DNA of 64,000 nucleotides from a virus (Duplodnaviria; Caudoviricetes): IMG/VR virus record IMGVR_UViG_650627111_000001, positions 1 to 64,000 of that record; one strand, 5' to 3'. Shown piece by piece: positions 58,618 to 64,000 of this stretch (position 1 is its first letter; each line of letters starts with the position of its first letter). The notes under the pieces were generated by a model. It saw only the letters and a program-made list of their open reading frames with translations, ran no database searches and was not told where the DNA came from. The position numbers and the translations under genes were made by a program.

Positions 58618-58974
58618 ATGCATAAAGAAATCATCATGTGTGCGGCAAATCGTTATTGGGTGAAGAAACCTGATGGTGAAGAGGTAAACATTGTTATCGC
58701 AGATAGCGGACATTTCATGCCGAATATGCAAGCTATTATCAAACTACTGAAAGACCTTGGGTGTGAGTTAACACCTGATAAAAGTGATGGTGATCGTGGG
58801 CAGGGATTCATCGGTGCAGCGAGTAAATATTATTCACGTAGTGAAGCGTATAAGATTGTTAAGGAAAGTGGTCAACCATTCAATGATGAATATACATTAC
58901 CACACGATAAATTGGATTCAAGTTGCATTCGACACTTCCCAGAAGATTGTGATTTGAAAGATTATATGAAGTAA
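58618..58974 (+). CDS. Conserved-type phage protein
   Basis: CAAN...H...QGFI.....Y.SR.EA..I....GQ. Confidence 0.7.
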   Translation: MHKEIIMCAANRYWVKKPDGEEVNIVIADSGHFMPNMQAIIKLLKDLGCELTPDKSDGDRGQGFIGAASKYYSRSEAYKIVKESGQPFNDEYTLPHDKLDSSCIRHFPEDCDLKDYMK

Positions 58975-58986
58975 GGAGGATATAAA

Positions 58987-59781
58987 ATGTTTTTAACAGT
59001 GCAAGATAATAATACAGAACTAACAATGACTCATGAACAGATTGCTAATCTTCTTAGGAAACGTAAGGACAAAGTTAAACAGTCTATGGAACGTCTTGAA
59101 TCTAAAGGAATTATTAAACTTACCCCAGTGGGGGAAGTTAACCATTTAGGTCAAACAGTTACAATGTTACATGTAAACGAACGAGACAGTTACATTGTCG
59201 TTGCTCAGATGTCACCTGAGTTTACAGCAGCTTTAGTAGATGAGTGGAAAGCTTTGAAAGAAGAAAAGCAAAAAGGTTTATTATCACTTCCAGATTTTAC
59301 TAATCCAGCTGAAGCTGCACGTGCTTGGGCTGAACAATATGAGAATAATTTACGTTTGGTACAAGAGAAAGAGACTTTGCTTATCGAGAATAAGGAAGTT
59401 AAAGATTATTCTGAACGTCAAGGAAAGTACATCTCCGCATTAGAAGACCAACATGCAAAAGGTATTACCATTCCAATGTTCTGTAAAGAGTTGAATGGTG
59501 TTAATGTGAATCAAGTGCAGAATTTCCTATCAGAAGAAAAGAACTGGATGCGTAAAGATAAAGGTGGATGGGTTGCTTCTGGTTATACACGTGATAAATA
59601 TTTGAGTGTTAAGTTTGTACAAGGACATGATGGTGTAGATCGTCCTACATGCTACCTTACTAAGAAAGGTGCAGCCTTAATCTATAAATATTACTGCCGT
59701 CAAGAGTTGCCCATGAAGAAAACTTGGAATGGTGAGATTACCCCACAACGCTATCTACCAATCATCGGAGTAGAAGAATAG
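58987..59781 (+). CDS. Rha-like / antirepressor-type DNA-binding protein
   Basis: MT..QIA.L..R...VK.S.ERL, VVAQ.SPEFTA.LVD.W, LPDF.NPAEAARAWA, LT.KG...LPMKK.W.G. Confidence 0.85.
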   Translation: MFLTVQDNNTELTMTHEQIANLLRKRKDKVKQSMERLESKGIIKLTPVGEVNHLGQTVTMLHVNERDSYIVVAQMSPEFTAALVDEWKALKEEKQKGLLSLPDFTNPAEAARAWAEQYENNLRLVQEKETLLIENKEVKDYSERQGKYISALEDQHAKGITIPMFCKELNGVNVNQVQNFLSEEKNWMRKDKGGWVASGYTRDKYLSVKFVQGHDGVDRPTCYLTKKGAALIYKYYCRQELPMKKTWNGEITPQRYLPIIGVEE

Positions 59782-59866
59782 GCTTAGGTTGACACAAGTC
59801 AAACAGGATTTTGTTTTAGGGTGGTATAATTTATATTCACCCTTTTATTTTATTAGGAGAGAAAAA

Positions 59867-61954
59867 TTGAAAGTAGTAAAACGAGATGGTATCAAGCAAG
59901 ATTTTGACATCAAGAAAATCTTTAATGCGGTAAGTAAATCAGCAACTAGATGTAATATAACCCTTTCTGAAGTGGATTTAGTTGAGCTAGAGTTTCTGAT
60001 TTTAGATGAAGTCTGTGGGGATATCGAAGTTAAAGAATTACACAATACTGTAGAAAAATGTTTGTCTAGGATTAATCCTGAAGTCGCTGATAGTTATAAG
60101 CAATACCGTAATTACAAACAAGATTTTGTAGGTTTGTGGGATAAAATATATAATAAAACCAAGGATGTTCTGTATGCTGGTGATAGAGAAAATAGCAATT
60201 TCGAATCAACGTTAGTATCAACAAAAGGTTCTTTGGTTAAGGGTTACTTGGCTAAAGAGTTGTACACAAAATTCTTCCTATCTAAAGAAGAAAAAGAAGC
60301 AACAGATATTGGATTTATATACCAGCACGACCAACGAGATTTGATCTTCAATGGAATCAATTGTTGTCTATTTGATATGGCTAATGTGCTAAATGGCGGT
60401 TTTGAGATGTCAAACCTAAAATATAATGAACCGTCAAGCATCCTATCTGCCTTACAAGTTATTGGTGATGTTACATTGGCTACATCTTCTCAAGGATTTG
60501 GAGGTTTTACTGTCCCAGAAATTGATACCATTGCTATAAAGTATATGAAAAAGTCTGTGGATAAACTTCGTGATGAAGCTAAATCTTTTGGTATCAAGGA
60601 TGAAGAACACTATGTATTTACAAAGCTACAACAAGAATTAAACCAAGGTATTCAATCTTTAGAGATGAAGCTGAACAGTATTCCCTCTAGCCGTGGGGAT
60701 TTTGCATTTACAACATTTTCGTTTGGGGCTTTATCCGAGGAACCTTATGATCGTAAGTTGCAGAAGATGTTTTGTGAAACTTTACTCAATATTCGGATGA
60801 AAGGTAATGGTAATGGCGAACCAGTAGTTTTCCCAAAATTGGTATTCCTATTTTTAAAATCACAGTATGATAAGTATCAGGATTATAGAGATCTGTTCTC
60901 ATTGGCTATTAAGTGTAGCAGTAAGTCATTGTATCCTGACTATCTGGCTGTAGACACACAAGGTCAGGTTGCGGAGTATTATAAATCATCAGGAAAGATT
61001 GTCTCACCTATGGGATGTAGAGCTTATTTATCTGATTTTAAAGGAAAAAATGGTGAAAGTGTTTTTACCTCTCGTGCAAACATTGGTGCTGTTGCTTTGA
61101 ATTTACCTATGATTTGGAAAGAATCTGACGGCAAAAATTTCTATGAAGATCTAGATTATTATCTTGAGATGATTCGTAACCTTCATAAGAAACGTTATGA
61201 TACTCTAGCAAAAACAAAATGTTCAAGTAATCCAATGGCATTCTGCCAAGGAGGGTTGTACCTCGGCAATAAGAAACCAACAGACAATATTGGATACGAT
61301 ATTGTTAAATCTTTCACTGCAAGCTTTGGTGTTACAGCATTGAATGAGTTGAATGTATTGAAAGAAGGTTTACCTTTACATAAAAGTGATAGACTTTTTG
61401 TTAACGAGGTAATGGGTTATATCAACAAGAAGGTTGAAGATTTTAAAGCTGAAGATGGTTATCTTTATGCAGTATACTATGTTCCTGCAGAGTCACTATG
61501 TGGAACTCAATTACAGCAGTTTAGAAAACGTTTCGGTGTGATAAAAGGCGTGAGTGACAGAGAATACTTTTCTAACGGTTTTCACTTACATGTAACTGCA
61601 GATGTTACACCGTTTGAAAAACAAGATATGGAGTACGAGTTATTCCACAAAGGTAATGGTGGTCACATACAATATTGCCGATATAACAATCCAGCCAATC
61701 TTGAAGCAATTGAAGCTACAGTTTTGAGAGCGATGGATATGGGTTTTTATGAAGGTGTTAACTTTGAACTTGTAGTATGTGAAGATTGTGGACATAGACC
61801 AAAACATGAAGTTGATATTTGCCCTGTGTGTAATAGTCACAACATTATGTCTTTATCAAGAGCCTGTGGTTATATTAGCTACAAGAAGATCCACGGTGAT
61901 ACCAGATTCAATGATGCTAAGTTGGCAGAGATTAACGATAGGGTTAGTATGTAA
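59867..61954 (+). CDS. nrdD: Anaerobic ribonucleoside-triphosphate reductase (class III)
   Basis: ATP cone VVKRDG, NCC, PMGCR, PAESL, CxxC..CxxC, RACGY glycyl radical loop; TTG start after AGGAG. Confidence 0.97.
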   Translation: MKVVKRDGIKQDFDIKKIFNAVSKSATRCNITLSEVDLVELEFLILDEVCGDIEVKELHNTVEKCLSRINPEVADSYKQYRNYKQDFVGLWDKIYNKTKDVLYAGDRENSNFESTLVSTKGSLVKGYLAKELYTKFFLSKEEKEATDIGFIYQHDQRDLIFNGINCCLFDMANVLNGGFEMSNLKYNEPSSILSALQVIGDVTLATSSQGFGGFTVPEIDTIAIKYMKKSVDKLRDEAKSFGIKDEEHYVFTKLQQELNQGIQSLEMKLNSIPSSRGDFAFTTFSFGALSEEPYDRKLQKMFCETLLNIRMKGNGNGEPVVFPKLVFLFLKSQYDKYQDYRDLFSLAIKCSSKSLYPDYLAVDTQGQVAEYYKSSGKIVSPMGCRAYLSDFKGKNGESVFTSRANIGAVALNLPMIWKESDGKNFYEDLDYYLEMIRNLHKKRYDTLAKTKCSSNPMAFCQGGLYLGNKKPTDNIGYDIVKSFTASFGVTALNELNVLKEGLPLHKSDRLFVNEVMGYINKKVEDFKAEDGYLYAVYYVPAESLCGTQLQQFRKRFGVIKGVSDREYFSNGFHLHVTADVTPFEKQDMEYELFHKGNGGHIQYCRYNNPANLEAIEATVLRAMDMGFYEGVNFELVVCEDCGHRPKHEVDICPVCNSHNIMSLSRACGYISYKKIHGDTRFNDAKLAEINDRVSM

Positions 61955-62451
61955 TGAATTATATGCAGTATATCTATGGTGATGATGCTAATGGGGATGG
62001 TATGCGGTGCACACTTTTCGTGTCTGGTTGTGAGATGATGTGCAAAGGTTGCCACAATCCTGAATCTTGGAAACTTAATGCAGGTAAGCTATATACAAAA
62101 GAATTTGAGGATAATATTATCCAAGATTTGCAATCTCCTTGGATTAAAGGGCTGAGCTTAAGTGGAGGTCACCCCTTACACATTACGAATTTTGACACTG
62201 TACTGAGCCTGTGTAAACGTGTTAAGAATGAATTACCAGATAAGGATATTTGGTTGTGGACGGGACATACCTTAGAAGAGGTTCAAAATGATACGTCACG
62301 TAGTCAAATTCTTGATGTGGTTGATGTGTTAGTAGATGGTAAGTTTATTCTTGAACTGAAGGACACTAACCTCGAATGGAGAGGTAGTTCAAATCAGAGA
62401 ATATTTATAAAAGGAGGTTGTAATGATAACATTAGATTATTTGAAGTCTAG
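61954..62451 (+). CDS. nrdG: Class III RNR activase (radical SAM)
   Basis: NG.G.R..LFVSGC...C.GCHNP, SGG.P, WRGSSNQR. Confidence 0.97.
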   Translation: MNYMQYIYGDDANGDGMRCTLFVSGCEMMCKGCHNPESWKLNAGKLYTKEFEDNIIQDLQSPWIKGLSLSGGHPLHITNFDTVLSLCKRVKNELPDKDIWLWTGHTLEEVQNDTSRSQILDVVDVLVDGKFILELKDTNLEWRGSSNQRIFIKGGCNDNIRLFEV

Positions 62452-63203
62452 AGTAGAATTAACAGAGGAGAAAGATTTCGTATTCAGATGGTTAAAAATT
62501 GAAAACCCCTCTAAATACAGTTCTTTTAACAGTAGGTATGCAGGTAACCTTGCAGGGTCTATGCGAGAAGATGGGTATATAATAGTAAATTTCGAAGGAT
62601 GTGGTAGGTACTTCCTACATAAGCTAGCTTATGTATTACAACAATATACCCGATATTTCTTTAGTGCCAGACGTGATAGACCACATAGATTTAGATACTA
62701 GAAATAATCTTGCAGATAATTTACGTGATGGTACCGGAAAAGTTAAAAACCAAAGGAATAGGAAAGGTATAGGTGCTTGTGGGTATAAAGGTGTTAGTTT
62801 CTCTGATAAGACTGGGAATTACAGAGCGAGAATTGTTGTAAACAATCGAGAAGTAAACCTTAAAACTAGTAAGTGCATACAACCTTGCATCGAATTTTAT
62901 AAAGCCACTTGCGTACATCTTAACTACCCTGTACTGAAGGAGTATACTAACGTACCAGATATAAAACTACCTAAAAGGGTTATAAATCTTATAGATAAAG
63001 CTTTTTCATACACTGTCGTAGACAAACAATCTCAGTATGTTGGAGTTGGGTGGAACAAGAAACAAGGTAAATGGAATGCTATTGTGGTAGTTTAGGGAGG
63101 TAATAAATGTGTTGGTAGTTTTGATTGTGATATGCAAGCAGCTCTGGCAAGAGATAAGTTTATAAAAGAAAATAACTTATCTGCACTATTATCCTTAAGT
63201 TAA
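62423..63203 (+). pseudogene. Degenerate HNH-AP2 homing endonuclease
   Basis: Frameshift near 62631 (HKLAY|MYY...DHID....NN...NLR); in-frame TAG at 63093-63095, followed by an AP2 tail GSFD....AALARD. Confidence 0.8.
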
Positions 63204-63230
63204 AGAACGTGTTGTAAACAGTATGTAAAC

Positions 63231-63270
63231 AAAAGCCCCAAAGGATTTCTCCTACGGGGTTTATTTTATT
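63231..63270. terminator. Bidirectional terminator
   Basis: CCCC/GGGG stem with A and T flanks between convergent genes. Confidence 0.6.
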
Positions 63271-63817
63271 TACCACTACCTATTCTACACGATAAGAAAC
63301 TCACATCATATATGCTAAAGTTTCCATCACCTGCACGAATACTCACTTCAAACCCATTCTCTTTCAAATCCTCACCGACGAATATACTTCCGTTCACAGT
63401 AATGAACTGTTCGACACCCGCACCTTTAGTCAAATTAAAGGTCTGGGCGGTCACCGGATTGTATAAAAACGAAGGTGATGTCACTAGCAAATCCGCATAA
63501 CCATTCTGTGCAGAGCATTTAGCTTTGAAGCGAATTTCTGTTAGGAATAAGTCACCTATTGTCTGCGGACGGAATAATTGATTGTCAAAATCGTAATTTA
63601 TTTCCAATCCATTGGATTGAGAGAAAGTGATGTCCACAGGTTGGAATGTAATTTTAGCAGACATACCTTGGTTGACAACAAGAGGTTGTGCGGATGTGTA
63701 ATTACCGAGTTGTAAGAATTGCCATTTACCTACCTCATTAAGTGTTGTAGAGGTGACAATTTTATTGGTGCGAGGATCTACAATGAAGTAGGTTTCTATA
63801 GTGGGTAATGTAGCCAT
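63266..63817 (-). CDS. Putative virion structural protein
   Basis: Beta-rich, AGGAG RBS, structural strand. Confidence 0.6.
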   Translation of the reverse strand: MATLPTIETYFIVDPRTNKIVTSTTLNEVGKWQFLQLGNYTSAQPLVVNQGMSAKITFQPVDITFSQSNGLEINYDFDNQLFRPQTIGDLFLTEIRFKAKCSAQNGYADLLVTSPSFLYNPVTAQTFNLTKGAGVEQFITVNGSIFVGEDLKENGFEVSIRAGDGNFSIYDVSFLSCRIGSGK

Positions 63818-63827
63818 TTTTGTCTCC

Positions 63828-64000
63828 TTAACTATAAGAGATCATTCGGATGGGGAGTTCTTTACCTTTCCTTTTATCAACATCCCCATTGAATAGTGCA
63901 TTAGATAATGTCGCTAATCTATACCCATATGTTGTTGGGTTGGTCGTCAACAACACCCTTTGGTAATACGTAAGAGTAAAACTCCCTGTATTCTCTATTA
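63828..64000 (-). CDS. 3' end of a gene entering from outside the window
   Basis: Open frame ...KELPIRMISYS*. Confidence 0.5.
   Translation of the reverse strand, partial: IENTGSFTLTYYQRVLLTTNPTTYGYRLATLSNALFNGDVDKRKGKELPIRMISYS

Noticed and set aside
63093-63095. TAG recoding (alternative genetic code)
   Set aside because: Core genes use TAG as a true stop (primase, SSB) and have no internal ambers

Overview
A 64 kb, AT-rich segment of a lytic myovirus genome. By gene content and synteny it resembles the ICP1-type Vibrio myoviruses (inference; no database search was run). Layout: (i) about 1.5 kb non-coding left end followed by a winged-helix/T5orf172 operon; (ii) a 3.7-20.4 kb accessory region of small genes, whose first 7 kb carries a dense set of CRP-consensus boxes; (iii) replication genes: RNase H, T7-like primase-helicase, family A DNA polymerase, SSB; (iv) a minus-strand contractile tail and neck module interleaved with plus-strand cassettes (Bro-N/KilAC, ACP, a second PolA-fold protein, Mom-like enzyme, Rha-like protein, nrdD/nrdG). 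Main findings: the tape-measure gene is split by three back-to-back group I introns separated by 8-nt and 16-nt micro-exons; an Odn-like chimeric nuclease lies at the ICP1 anti-satellite locus, with a domain-swapped paralogue elsewhere; a homing-endonuclease cassette destroyed the resident RNase H and carried in a replacement; and a roughly 400-540 nt nested RNA structure sits directly upstream of an HNH-wHTH gene. I saw no tRNA, rRNA or CRISPR array.
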